From positions 21,762,001 through 21,826,000 of the forward strand of contig OX597835.1 of NCBI GenBank assembly GCA_951406725.2: a stretch of 64,000 bases of DNA, read 5' to 3'. A program made the translations under genes and the position numbers. Shown here piece by piece: positions 25,168-38,246 of the stretch (positions are counted from its first letter, which is position 1; each line of letters starts with the position of its first letter). Under the pieces are notes generated by a model. It had not been told where the DNA came from. It made no database searches and was given only the letters and a program-made list of their open reading frames with translations. Source of the DNA: Octopus vulgaris (lineage: Eukaryota).

Positions 25168-27740
25168 TAGTAAAAGAACAACAACAATAATAATAAATTT
25201 ATTTCTATGAGCAATAGATATAGGAATGAGTAAAAGGAGGTTTGGTGACAAGAAAGGCCATCATGATGGTGAGGATGTTTTAAAACAAACAGGACACTTA
25301 AGGCAAGTAGAGTTAAAAATAATAATAATGAGAGTGATTTCAAATTTTGGCACAAGGCCGGCAATTTCGGGAAAAGGGTTGGTCAATTATATTGACCCTT
25401 GTGTTCAACTGATACTTATTTTATCGACACCGCAAGGATGAAAGGCAAAGTCAACCTCGGTGGAATTTGAACTCAGAACGTAAAGCTGAACAAAATACAG
25501 TGAAGCATTTTGCCCGGTGTGCTAACGATTCTACCAGCTCGCTGTCTTAATAATAATAATAATCCTTTCTACTAAATGCACAAGGCCTGAAATTTTGAGA
25601 GAGGAGTTAAGTCGATTACATCAACCCCCTGTACTCAACTGGTACTTAATTTATTGACCCCAAAAGGATGAAAGGCAAAGTCAACCTCGGCAGAATTTGA
25701 ACTCCGTATGTAAAGACAGACAAAATACTGCTTAGCATTTCGTCCAGTGTGCTAATGATTCTGCCAGCTCGCCACCTTAATAATAATGATAATAATAATC
25801 TTTTCTACTATAGGCACAAGGCCTGAAATCTTGGGGGAGAGGGCCAGTTGATTAGATCGACCCCAGTGCACAACTGGTACTTAATTTATCGACCCTGAAA
25901 GGATGAAAGGCAAAGTCAACCCCACAGCATTTGAACTTCGAACATTAAGACAGACGAAATACCACTAAGCATTTCACCCAGCAAGCTAACGATTAATAAT
26001 AATTAATCCCTTTTACAATAGCTACAATGATTTTAGAGAGAGGAGCTAGTTGACTGCATTGACCCCAGCACTTAACTCATACTCATTTCATCAGCTCCGG
26101 AAGGATGAAAAAGCAAAGCTGACCTTGGAGGATTTGAACTCAGAATGTGGAGACAGACAAAATGCTGCAAAGTATTTTGTTCAGTATCGTAACGATTCTG
26201 ACAGCTTGCTGCCTTTTAAAAATACTTCTTTCCACTATAGGCACAACGCCCTAAATTTTGGGGTGGGGACCAGTCGATTACATCAGCTGGTGCTTATTTC
26301 ATTGACCTTGAAAGGATAAAAAGGCAAACATTGACCTCGGTGGAATTTGAACTCAGGACATTAACTGGCAAAAAGCTATTGAGCATTTTGTCCAGCATGC
26401 CAATGGTTCCGCCAGAAGGGGACACAATAAGTCGTAAAAATGATAGTATTAAGAACAACTGTAAAACAATAATAATAATAATAATAATAATGGCTTCAAA
26501 TTTTGCCACAAGGACAGCCATTTTGGGCGAGGGGATAAGTCAATTACATCAACCCCAGTGCTTAACTGGTACTTAATTCATTGACCCCAAAATGAAGAAA
26601 AGCAAAGTCAACCTCGGCGGAATTTGAACTCAGAACGTAGCAACAGGCAAAATACCTATTTCTTTACTATCCACAAGGGGCTAAACACAGAAGGGACAAA
26701 CAAGGACAGACAAACGGATTAAGTCGATTATATCGACCCCAGTGCGCAACTGGTACTTATTTAATCGACCCCGAAAGGATGAAAGGCAAAGTCGACATCG
26801 GCGGAATTTGAACTCAGAACATAGCAACAGGCAAAATACCTATTTCTTTACTATCCACAAGGGGCTAAACACAGAGGGGACAAACAAGGACAGACGAACA
26901 GATTAAGTTGATTATATCGACCCCAGTGTGCAACTGGTACTTATTTAATCGACCCCGAAAGGATGAAAGGCAAAGTCGACATGGGTGGAATTTGAACTCA
27001 GAACGTAACGGCAGGCAAAATACCACTAAGCATTTCGCCCGGCACACTAACAAACCTGCCAGCTTGCCACCTTAATAATAATAATTCTTTCTACTGGAAG
27101 CACAGGGTTTCAAATTTGGGAGAAGGGATTAAGTCGATTACATCAACCCCAGTGCGTAACTGGTACTTATTTAATTGACCCCGAAAGGATGACAGGCAAA
27201 ATCAACTTCAGCAGAATTTGAACTCAGATTGAAGTGAGTGGCAAAATACTGCTATGCATTTCACCCTGTGTGCTAACGATTCTGCCAGCTTGCCCCCTTA
27301 ATAACAATATTTTCTACTTTAGGCACAAGGCCTGAAATTTTTGTGGAGGGGACCAGTCAATTATATCGACCCCAGTATGTGACTGGTACTTAATTAATCG
27401 ACCTCGAAAGGATGAAAGGCAAAGTTGATGTTGGCAGAATTTGAACTCAGAACCTGAAGACAGATGAAATACCGCTAAGCATTTTGCCCAGAGTGCTAAC
27501 ATTTCTGCCAGCTTGCTGCCTTAATAAAAATAATAATCCTTTCCACTGGAAGCACAAGGGATTAAGTCGATTACATTGACCCCAGTGTGTAACTGGTACT
27601 AATTTAATCAACCCCACTGAGAGGATGAAAGGCAAAGTCGACCTTGGTGGATTTCGAATGCCAAATCTACCTAATGGTGGACAAAATACCACTAGGCATT
27701 TCTCCAAACATGCTAATGATTCTGCCAGCTCACTGCCCTT
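24735..27740 (-). mobile_element. Array of ~12 co-oriented family A SINEs
   Basis: Repeated GGCACAAGGCC..GTCGATTACATC..GGATGAAAGGCAAAGTC..GAATTTGAACTCAGAA..CTGCCAGCTCGCC units separated by (AAT)n. Confidence 0.85.
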
Positions 27741-28328
27741 GCTAACCAACCACATGGTTCCGGGTTCAGTCCCACTGCATGGCATCTTGGGCAAGTGTCT
27801 TCTGCTATAGCCCCGGGCCGACCAATGCCTTGTGAGTGGATTTGGTAGACGGAAACTGAAAGAAGCCCGTCGTATATATGTATATATATATATATGTATG
27901 TATGTGTGTGTGTTTGTGTGTCTGTGTTTGTCCCCCTAGCATTGCTTGACAACCGATGCTGGTGTTGTTTACGTCCCCGTCACTAAGCGGTTCAGCAAAA
28001 AGAGACCGATAGAATAAGTACTGGGCTTACAAAAAGAATAAGTCCCGGGGGGTCGATTTGCTCGACTAAAGGCGGTGCTCCAGCATGGCCGCAGTCAAAT
28101 GACAGAAACAAGTAAAAAGAGTAAAAGAGTAAATAATAATAATAGTAATAATAATAATAATAATATGTTTTCTTTTTTTAAATGAACGAACTATTGAGTT
28201 TGGTTTAATGGCCTACCAATGTATACTATGAGTTTCTTTGCCCTAGGAGTCGGGAAGACACTCGGCAAGAAATGGAAGCAAATTTGAAAGAAGAAAAAAA
28301 AAAAAGTAAGAATAATAATAATAATAAA

Positions 28329-28334
28329 TTTATT
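28329..28334 (-). terminator. Candidate Dr1 proximal polyadenylation signal (AATAAA)
   Basis: TTTATT on the + strand, 1.27 kb past the Dr1 stop and followed by U-rich sequence. A homologous copy lies at 25198-25203. Confidence 0.45.
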
Positions 28335-29080
28335 TCTATGAGCAATTGAAATGGAAATGAGTAAAAGGAAGTTTGATGAGCAAAAAAGATCATCACAGCA
28401 ATGATGATGATGTTTTAAATAGACGTGAGAGTTAAGGCAAGTAGAGTTAAAAATAATAATAATAATAATTTTAATAATAATGATGACGATGATGATGATG
28501 ATGATGATGAACTATGTGTTTAGCTCTGAAGTTTTTTTTTTTGTTATTTCTTTTGTTGGCACCCAAAACTTCTGTCTTCAGTTCACATAAAGATGATGAT
28601 GATGAAGATGACGATGATGACGGCGATGACGATAGTGATGGTGTCATCATTTTCATCAAAATCGTTCTCCATCCTGCGTGGTGATAAAAAGTCTGTGGTA
28701 TTTTGTATGAAGTTCTGGATGGGTATATGGGTGGGCGGGCGGGGCGGGCGGGCGGATGAATGAATGGATGGGTGGGTGGATGGGTGGGGAGGTCTTTTTT
28801 GATTATTTGTTTTTTTTCTTCTTTTCTTATTTTATTGTTTATATATATTTATTCTTTTCTTTCAACCCCACCCCACCCCCACCCGTCCTTTCTTTTTCCT
28901 GCTAAGTGGAACGAATGATCGCAGAAAGTTCTATTAGCAGAGTAACTTATTGCCATAACAACTGTCATCGCTACCATCAGCATCACTGCCGCCACCACCA
29001 CCATCATCATCATCATCATCGTCATCATCATCACTATTTCTTGATAGTGTCTGTATGCCAGATGGGACATTTCATTTGGC

Positions 29081-29130
<50 letters not shown>

Positions 29131-29599
29131 CCTTTCTACAAAAGGCACAAGGCCTGAAATTTGGGGTGAGTGGATAAGTAGATTATCTCGACCCCAGTAT
29201 TTCATTGGTGCTTAATTTGTCGACCCCGAAAGGAGGAAAGTCAAAGTCGACCTCAGCGGGATTTGAACTCAGAATGTAGACACGAAAGAAAATGCCGCTA
29301 AGCATTTTGCCTGGCGAGCTAACGATTCAGCCAGCTCGCCACTAATATAAAAATAATAATAAAAATAATAATAAAAATAAAAAATAATAAAAAATGAATC
29401 GTCATCGTCGCCGTCATCATCATCATCGTTGTTGTCATCATCAATGTCTGTTGCTGATTATGTCAATATTACAAGGTGGTGGTGGTGGTGATGTTGGTGG
29501 TGGTGGTGGTGGTGGCGGTGATGGTGGTGGTGGAGGGGACATTCCCTGTCTGTGGGTTTGTTTGCTTTTTTTTTTCCCCTATTTTCTTTTTCTTTTTAA

Positions 29600-29746
29600 T
29601 TAACAGTAGTCGTCGTCATCATCTTCTCGACTGTCTGTTGATTGTGCCATATTCTTCTGTGTCAGCTGCAGTTGCTGTTGCTGTTGCAGCGCGTTCTGCA
29701 CTTGCAGTCGCTGTTGCTGTTCAATCTGCTGCTGTTCAAGACGAGC
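29600..29746 (-). CDS. DR1: Dr1/NC2-beta last coding exon (Q-rich domain, acidic tail)
   Basis: ttcttgtcttctag acceptor. Encodes ARLEQQQIEQQQRLQVQNALQQQQQLQLTQKNMAQSTDSREDDDDDYC*; 147 nt, in frame with the previous exon. Confidence 0.92.
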   Translation of the reverse strand, partial: ARLEQQQIEQQQRLQVQNALQQQQQLQLTQKNMAQSTDSREDDDDDYC

Positions 29747-30431
29747 CTAGAAGACAAGAAAAAAAAGAAAAAAATAAAAATAATAAGATAGGTGCAGGAG
29801 TGGCTGTGTGGTAAGTAGCTTGCTAACCAACCACATGGTTCCGGGTTCAGTCCCACTGCTTGGCATCTTGGGCAAATGTCTTCTACTATAGCCTTGGGCC
29901 GACCAAAGCCTTGTGAGTGGATTTGGTAGACGGAAACTGAAAGAAGCCCGTCGTATATATGAATATGTATATATATGTGTGTGTGTGTTTGCCCCCCCCC
30001 CCCCCCAACATCGCTTGACAACCGATGCTGGTGTGTTTACGTCCCCGTCACTTAGCGGTTCGGCAAAAAGAGACCGATAGAATAAGTACTGGGCTTACAA
30101 AAAGAATAAGTCCCGGGATCGAGTTGCTCGACTAAAGGCGGTGCTCCAGCATGGCCGCTGTCAAATGACTGAAACAAGTAAAAGAGATCCCAGGACTTAT
30201 TTTTATTAAACCTTTCACTTTTGGCAACAAATTGTAAACAACTGTATTTCACAAATAAAACTTAATTAACCTATTAATATTTTTTTTTACATCTATCACT
30301 CCATTTTGGCCATCCCATTATCATCCCACATTTCTTCAAAACCCCACTAGATCTTTCCACTGCCCACAAGGGGGCAGTACTGTCCACTTTGGGAACCACT
30401 GATTTAGACGACAATTTATTCACTGCACCCA

Positions 30432-30476
<45 letters not shown>

Positions 30477-30488
30477 ATATATATATAT

Positions 30489-30822
30489 CGCATGGCTCAG
30501 TGGTTAGAACGTCAAGCTTACGATCGTGAGGTTGTGAGCTCGAATCCTGGACCAGGCTGCGTGTTGTGTTCTTGAGCAAGACACTTTATTTCACGTTGCT
30601 CCAGTTCACTCAGCTGTAGAAATGAGTTGCGACGTCCCAGGTGCCAAGCTGTATCGGCCGTTGCCTTTCCCTTGGATAACACTGGTGGCGTGAAGAGGGG
30701 AGGCCGGTATGCATGGGCGACTGCTGGTCTTCCATAAACAACCTTGCCCGGACTTGTGCCTGGTGGGGGGCTAAATTTCTAGGTGCAATCCCATGGTCTG
30801 TGTCGTGACCGAAGGGGATCTC
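30489..30822 (+). mobile_element. tRNA-derived SINE family E (CORE/V-like central domain)
   Basis: GCATGGCTCAGTGGTTAG..GCTCGAATCC head, then GTGTTCTTGAGCAAGACACTTTATTTCAC..CACTCAGCTG. Relatives at ~9282, 36780-37025 (-), 46775-47058 (-) and 63592-63866 (-). Confidence 0.75.
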
Positions 30823-32029
30823 AGAATATCCCATCTGCCACAACAGTACTGATGCAGGTACTGGTGCCATGTAAAAAATACCCAGTACACTCTGTGGAGT
30901 GGTTGACATTAGGAAGGGCAGCCTGTCACAGAAACCAAGCCAAAACAGACTATGGAATTTGGTGCAGCCCCTGGCCTTACCAGCTCTGGTCAAACTGACC
31001 AACCCATGCCAGCATGGAAAATGGATGTTAAATTATGATAAGGATAGACATACAAGCACAGGAGTGACTGTGTGGTAAGAAGCTTGCTTCCCTCGAGATG
31101 TAAAAAAAGGTAAGAGGCTAAGTGCCTTATTTTGTAAGGACGTGGAGTCCATTTGTGAAAAATGTAAGAGGCTTAGTGCCTCATTTGAAAGGACCTTGTG
31201 TCCCATTGAGGTTCACAACCCCAATTTGTTTTTATAAAAGAGTGAAAAAGAACAATGTTTTCGGGAAACAGCGATCATCGGGCGGAGTCTGCTCCCCTCA
31301 TCAATATCCTTGTTTTACTCATCATTCACTTCATTTGTGTTGTTGTCCAGCCCGCATCTGCTTCCATTTATGTAAAGCCTTTTATGGCTAATTTGATGAA
31401 ATAAAGAAACTTGCTTCCCAACCACATGGTTCCGTGTTCAGTCTCACTGCATGGCACCCTGGGCAAGTGTCTTCCAGTTTTATAACTCAATATGTGAGAA
31501 ATAATAGATATTTACAAAAAAATGTATTCATCATCATCATCATCATCATCATCGTTTAGCGTCTGCTTTCCATGCTAGCATGGGTTGGATGGTTCAACTG
31601 GGGTCTGTGAAGCCAGAAGGCTGCACCAGGCCCAGTTTGATCTGGCAATGTTTATACAGCTGGATGCCCTTCCTAACGCCAACCACTCCATGAGTGTAGT
31701 GGGTGCTTTTTACGTGCCACCGGCACAGGTACCAGACGAGTCTGCCAAACGGCCACGATCGGATGGTGCTTTTTATGTGCCACCGGTTCGGGGCCAGGCG
31801 AGGCTGGCAACGGCTACGAATGGATGGTGCTTTTTACGTGCCACCGGCACGAGGCCAGTCGGGGCGGCACTGGCAACGGCCACAGGATACAGGCATGGTT
31901 CAGTGGTGGTGGTGACAATGATGGTGGTGGTGACGATTACGGTGGTGGTGGTGATAAATTTAGAAAAAGGAAAAAATAAAACATTTTTGAAATAAAAATG
32001 ACAAAAAAAAAAGAAGGAAAACCACTAAC

Positions 32030-32193
32030 TTTGGCAAATAATTCCTGCTGTTGACGTAAAAGTTCTTCTTCTGGAATGCCAAGGTTCTCAAGACGTGAGC
32101 TTCCTTTCCGTTTCTTAGCAGCAACTGCCTTGGCTTCCTCTAACACAGCGACAGCATCTTCTTTGTAAGAACTAAATCCAAGACTGTCCAATG
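32030..32193 (-). CDS. DR1: Dr1/NC2-beta second coding exon
   Basis: ttttcttttag|CA acceptor and AAA|gttagt donor; 164 nt. Encodes (A)LDSLGFSSYKEDAVAVLEEAKAVAAKKRKGSSRLENLGIPEEELLRQQQELFAK, with the diagnostic SSRLENLGIPEEELLRQQQELFAK. Confidence 0.97.
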
Positions 32194-33662
32194 CTAAAAG
32201 AAAAAAAAAACCACAAGAATTACATAAAAGTCAACCAGCAAGTTGCATTTAACCATTCTTCTATTCTTAGATGGTGGCCATTCTGGAGTCACACCTTTGA
32301 GAATTTTAACCCTTTTGGTACCAACCTGCCCAGGAGGGACCACCTCTGATCCGATGATACAAAATTCCTGCCTTTTAAAGCAGTCTGAAGCAGATTTCCA
32401 ACGTTGGGGATATACCCCCACTGGCAGGGCCCAGTAATCCTTTTTCTTTCCTTTTTTTTTTTTTGTGGGACATGGAACTGTGAAAATCTTCTTTTGCACA
32501 CAGTAAACATATAACACCTATACTCAGCCGGGCCAAGCCAATCCCTCACCATCATCATCATCATCATCATCATCATTATTATTTAACATCTGTTTCCCAT
32601 GCCGGCATGGGTTAGATGGATTGATTGGAACTGGTAAACCAGTGAGCTGTACCAGACTCCAGTTTGGTTTGGCTTGGTTCTGTTCCTACAGCTGGATGCC
32701 CTTCCTAACGCCAAATTGTAATAAAATATTAAGAAGGCATAGGAGTGGCTGTGTGGTAAGTAGCTTGTTTACCAACCACATGGTTCCGGGTTTAGTCCCA
32801 CTGTGTGACACCTTGGGCAAGCGTCTTCTACTATAGCCTCGGGCCGACCAAAGCCTTGTGAGTGGATTTAGTAGACAGAAACTGAAAGAAGCCCGTTGTA
32901 TATATGTATATGTATATATGCGTGTGTGTGTTTGTGTGTCTGTGTTTGTCCCCTAGCATTGCTTGACAACCGATGCTGGTGTGTTTATGTCCCCGTTCCT
33001 TAGCGGTTCGGCAAAAGAGACCGATAGAATAAGTACTGGGCTTACAAAAGAATAAGTCCCGGGGTCAAGTTGCTCGATTAAAGGCGGTGCTCCAGCATGG
33101 CCGCAGTCAAATGACTGAAACAAGTAAAAGAGTAAAGAGTAATAAAGTTGTTTTTACCCAAACACTGGTGGGGCATATAGTTTTCTGGAAAGATATATTA
33201 GGGGTGTGGGGTCCTGGGGGGGGGGGAGGGAATAGGTTGGGAAATACTGGTTTAAAAATAAACCCTGTCATCAAACATTTGTTGATTTATGTTCCAAACA
33301 CCACTTTAACCCTTCAGCATTTAAACTGGCCATATCCGACCAAATCATTGTCCCTTTTTTTTTCTGTTCAAACCAGCCAGATCAGGTTTCTCACACCTAA
33401 CCTTCAATGTCATTCTAAAAATAAACAATCACATCAGCAAACTCTCTCAGCTATTTGATGATTAATACAAAACACTTGACTAACTGAACGTTTGACAGAA
33501 TCATTTGAATGCTAAAGTGTTAAAAACTCTTTCTAATTTTGGCTCAAGGTCAACGATCCTGAAGGAAGGGGGCAAGTTGATTACACTGACTTCAGTATTT
33601 GACTGCTCCTTACTTTATATAGACCCTGCAAGGATCACGGCCGAAGTCAACTTCAGTGGGAT

Positions 33663-33846
33663 CATCATCATCGTCGTTTAACGTCCGTTCTCCATGCTAG
33701 CATGGGTTGGACGGTTCGACCGGGGATCTGGGAAGCCAGAAGGCTGCACCTATTCAACAAAGATCCAGATTCCTTTCCCAGATCTGAAGATCTGACCAAA
33801 ATTACCAAAAAATTGAATATTGATTTTTATCAGATACTTTGTATAT

Positions 33847-33883
<37 letters not shown>

Positions 33884-34832
33884 AATTATTGTATAGAGTG
33901 CCCATGTGCACCACAACTTGTCAGAAGTGTGTATAAAGCATGTGCATCATCATCATCGTTTAACGTCCGTTCTCCATGCTAGCATGGGTTGGACGGTTCG
34001 ACCGAGGATCTGGGAAGCCAGAAGGCTGCACCTATTCAACAAAGATCCAGATTCCTTTCCCAGATCTGAAGATCTGACCTAAATTACCAAAAAATTGAAT
34101 ATTGACTTTTATCAGATACTTCGAATATTTAATAATAATAATAATAATGAAATTATAGTATAGAGTGCCCATGTGCACCACAACTTGTCAAAAGTGTGTA
34201 TAAAGCATGTGCATCATCATCATCGTTTAACGTCCGTTCTCCATGCTAGCATGGGTTGGACGGTTCGACCGGGGATCTGGGAAGCCAGAAGGCTGCACCT
34301 ATTCAACAAAGATCCAGATTCCTTTCCCAGATCTGAAGATCTGACCTAAATTACCAAAAAATTGAATATTGACTTTTATCAGATACTTCGAATATTTAAT
34401 AATAATAATAATAATGAAATTATAGTATAGAGTGCCCATGTGCACCACAACTTGTCAAAAGTGTGTATAAAGCATGTGCATCATCATCATCGTTTAACGT
34501 CCGTTCTCCATGCTAGCATGGGTTGGACGGTTCGACCGGGGATCTGGGAAGCCAGAAGGCTGCACCTATTCAACAAAGATCCAGATTCCTTTCCCAGATC
34601 TGAAGATCTGACCTAAATTACCAAAAAATTGAATATTGACTTTTATCAGATACTTCGAATATTTAATAATAATAATAATAATGAAATTATAGTATAGAGT
34701 GCCCATGTGCACCACAACTTGTCAAAAGTGTGTATAAAGCATGTGCATCATCATCATCGTTTAACGTCCGTTCTCCATGCTAGCATGGGTTGGATGGTTC
34801 GACCGGGGATCTGGGAAGCCAGAAGGCTGCAC
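33663..34832. repeat. Near-identical tandem array, 267-bp unit, ~4.3 copies, in a Dr1 intron
   Basis: GTTTAACGTCC recurs at 33676, 33958, 34225, 34492 and 34759. The first unit has a longer AAT tract. Confidence 0.95.
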
Positions 34833-35229
34833 CAGGCTCGTCTTATCTGGCAATGTTTCTACAGCTGGATGCCCTTCCTAACGCCAACCACTCCATGAGT
34901 GTAGTGGGTGCTTTTTATGAGTCACATATATATAAGGCGCTGGAGTAGCTGTATGGTAAGTAGCTTGCTTACCAACCACATGACTGTTGCTTCTAATGAG
35001 TTTCTATGGAGACATCTGAGGATTCTACCCCAGTAAATCCTCCCAGAGAAAATGGATGGAGGGAGGGATGGAAAAAAAAATCAGTAAATTTACTTAGAAA
35101 TACAATCACTGTCCAATGCTAAAAGAAATCTCACAAGAAATACATGGTCAGTTGGTCAGAAGATTACATTTTATCATTCTTCTATTCTTGGACTGTTGCC
35201 ATGATAGGGACTTCTTTGAGAATTTGGAT

Positions 35230-35464
35230 CCTTTCAGTACCAACCTATTTCTTTACTATCCACAAGGGGCTAAACACAGAGAGGATAAACAAGGACAAAC
35301 AGATTAAGTTGATTAAATCGACCCCAGTGCGTAACTGGTACTTATTTAATCAACCCCGAAAGGATGAAAGGCAAAGTCAATCTCGGCAGAATTTGAACTC
35401 AGAACGTAGCGGCAGACGAAATACTGCTAAGCATTTCGCCAGCTCGCCACCTTTCAGTACCAAC
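35230..35464 (-). mobile_element. Family A SINE with 15-bp target-site duplication
   Basis: CCTTTCAGTACCAAC at 35230-35244 and 35450-35464 brackets the SINE. Confidence 0.85.
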
Positions 35465-35580
35465 TTGCCCTGGGACCACTTCTGACTCTATGATACAAAC
35501 TTCCTGCTTTTTAAAACGGTCTAAAATAAACCATCCCATCAGATACAGTTATGAAACAGCCAAAGTAGAGTCATACATAC

Positions 35581-35803
35581 CTGCCAGTACATGTTCTGGT
35601 GAAATGGTTTTCTTTGTCTGTTTGTTACAGATTTCATTGGCTTCTGACGAGACAAGGTGAATAAATTCCGTACAACAATTGAGTATCAATTCACGGGAGT
35701 CATTAGCTACACGGATATTTGGAACAAGTTCTTTGATCATTTTGTTCAAAGCTGCTCTTGGAATGCTAAGTTCATCATCGTCTCGGTTATCTGCCATCAT
35801 CAT
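35581..35803 (-). CDS. DR1: Dr1/NC2-beta first coding exon (H2B-like histone fold)
   Basis: Encodes MMMADNRDDDELSIPRAALNKMIKELVPNIRVANDSRELILNCCTEFIHLVSSEANEICNKQTKKTISPEHVLA, then G|gtatgt donor. A ttttcag acceptor 16 nt upstream of the ATG implies an upstream non-coding exon. Spliced CDS 223+164+147 = 534 nt (177 aa). Confidence 0.97.
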
Positions 35804-37209
35804 GGTTACCACTTCAAATCTGAAAATATTCCACAGTCAACTCACGAATATCTTTATTATTTTTATTATTATTATTATTATTATTGCTTTTTTACTTTTG
35901 TTCTGTTTTTCTGTGGATTTTTCAGTTTCTTCTTTTTAAAATAGCTCTTTTCTTTCATATATTTTTCACCGTCCTAGTCTCGTGTTTTTGGTGTGTTGGT
36001 TTTCGGTAAGCACCACCAAGTCCAGTCAGTGGTTAGTATTCTCCTCAGTTTAGTTTGGTTTGTATTAAGACACATTCTTCAGTTCCCATTTGTGGCTGCT
36101 ACGACTGGAATTTCTACATAACTGCTTCTGTAAAAGACATCAACAGATTACCTTTAAATACAGGTAAAGAAACATGTTCTTGTTAATAGCAATCAAAACA
36201 ATTTAGCAAAAGCATTTGTAAATTTTAATTGCTTAGAATGAGATGAAATAAAGATGATAAGAAGAAGCGAAGAGTAATTATGGCAACAAACGTTAATATT
36301 TTGTGAGGCAAAGGATTGGCTGTGTGGTAAGTAGCTTGCTTACCAACCACATGGTTCCGGTTTCAGACCCACTACGTGGCACCTTGGGCAAGTGTCTTCT
36401 ACTATAGCCTCGGGTCGACCAAAGCCATTTGAATGGATTTGATGGACGGAAACTGAAAGAAGCCTGTCGTGTGTGTGTGTGTGTATGTTTGTGTGTCTGT
36501 GTTTGTCCACCCACCATTGCTTGACAACCGGTGTTGGTGTGTTTGCATCCCCGTAACTTAGCGGTTCAGGAAAAGCGACTGATAGAGTAAGTACTAGGCT
36601 TACAAAAAATAAGTCCTGGGGTCGATTTGCTCGACTAAAGGCGGTGCTCCAGCATGGCCGCAGTCAAATGACTGAAACAAATAAAAGAATATGTGAATGT
36701 GTGTATGGATGTATGTGTGTATGGAGGACTGTCCTGTCATGAATAACAGATGAGGATGCTGCAATCTGTTGCCGAGCAACCTACACAGGTGACAACTGTT
36801 TATTGTGATCAGAATGTTTGCACTGCTCATTAGTTCACGCCCACCATGAAATTGACATTACCTGTGCAGGTGTACACAGTGCGTCATGCATCAGATGTCA
36901 CAGTGATTGTGGAGGAATGTGAGATGAAGTGTCTTGTTCGAGAATGCAACGCATCGCTTGGTCCAGGTATCAAAACGATAACAATCGCACGTTTGTGAGC
37001 ACAACAGCTTAACCTTAAGGTCATAAACACACACATACATATATATAGAGGCGCAGGAGTAGCTGTGTGGTAAGTAGCTTGTCTACCAACCACATGGTTC
37101 CGGGTTCAGTCCCACTGCGTGGCACCTTGGGCAAGTGTCTTTTACTATAGCCTCGGGCCGACCAAAGCCTTGTGAGTGGATTTGGTAGATGGAAACTGAA
37201 AGAAGCCCG

Positions 37210-37244
<35 letters not shown>

Positions 37245-38206
37245 TGTGTGTGTTTGTGTGTCTGTGTTTGTTCCCCTAGCATTGCTTGACAACCGATGCT
37301 GGTGTGTTCATGTCCACGCTACTTAGCGGTTCGGCAAAAGAGAGCGATAGAATAAGTACTGGGCTTAGAAAAGAATAACTCTCGGGGTTGAGTTGCTCGA
37401 TTAAAGGCGATGCTCCAGCATGGCCGCGGTCAAATGACTGAAACAAGTAAAAGAGTATATATATATATATACACATATGATGGCTGTCTATTCGTTATAC
37501 AAGCATGACCATCACTAACAAGTTTCAGCCATGCCTGCACAAAGGTTTGAAGTCAAGTACAGCTTGCAGAACACCACAATGACTCTCACTAGCGATACCA
37601 AGAAACCTATAGACAAGTGCAAGCTATCTGGCTCAGTGGAGCAGTAGGTCTTATATATGAATTGGCCTTTTCCTACAGGGGTGCCTTAACAAAGACCAAA
37701 GGTCACTCACTTAGACACCAGCTTCAGTATTTGTATGTCCCAGTACACATACACACACAAAATTTAACAAAAACACAACAGGAAAAATGTTTTACAAAAA
37801 CAACAGAATATTCGTAGCTAATTCCTCATCAGCCAACGTCCAAGATACTTACAATTTCTAACCTTTACACACACAAACACACACACACATATCCCAAAAG
37901 CCAATAAGAGAGTCTCTCTCGTATGTACTACAGTATAGTTTGTTCTAAGATAACATCTACATTTAAGTGGGCATAAATAAAACCTCTCAGTAATATTCCT
38001 GCCACAGTCACTAATATATACATTCATAAATATATAGGCGCAGGAGTGGCTGTGTGGTAAGTAGCTTGCTAACCAACCACATGATTCCGGGTTCAGTCCC
38101 ACTGTGTGGCATCTTGGGTAAGTGTCTTCTGCTATAGCCCCGGGCCGACCAATGCCTTGTGAGTGGATTTGGTAGACGGAAACTGAAAGAAGCCTGTCGT
38201 ATATAT

Positions 38207-38246
<40 letters not shown>

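Noticed and set aside
33663-34832. CRISPR-like array, or a hammerhead from CTGAAGA in each unit
   Set aside because: Units are wholly repeated with no unique spacers and the context is eukaryotic. CTGAAGA is not followed by a stem II-GAAA-NUH arrangement.
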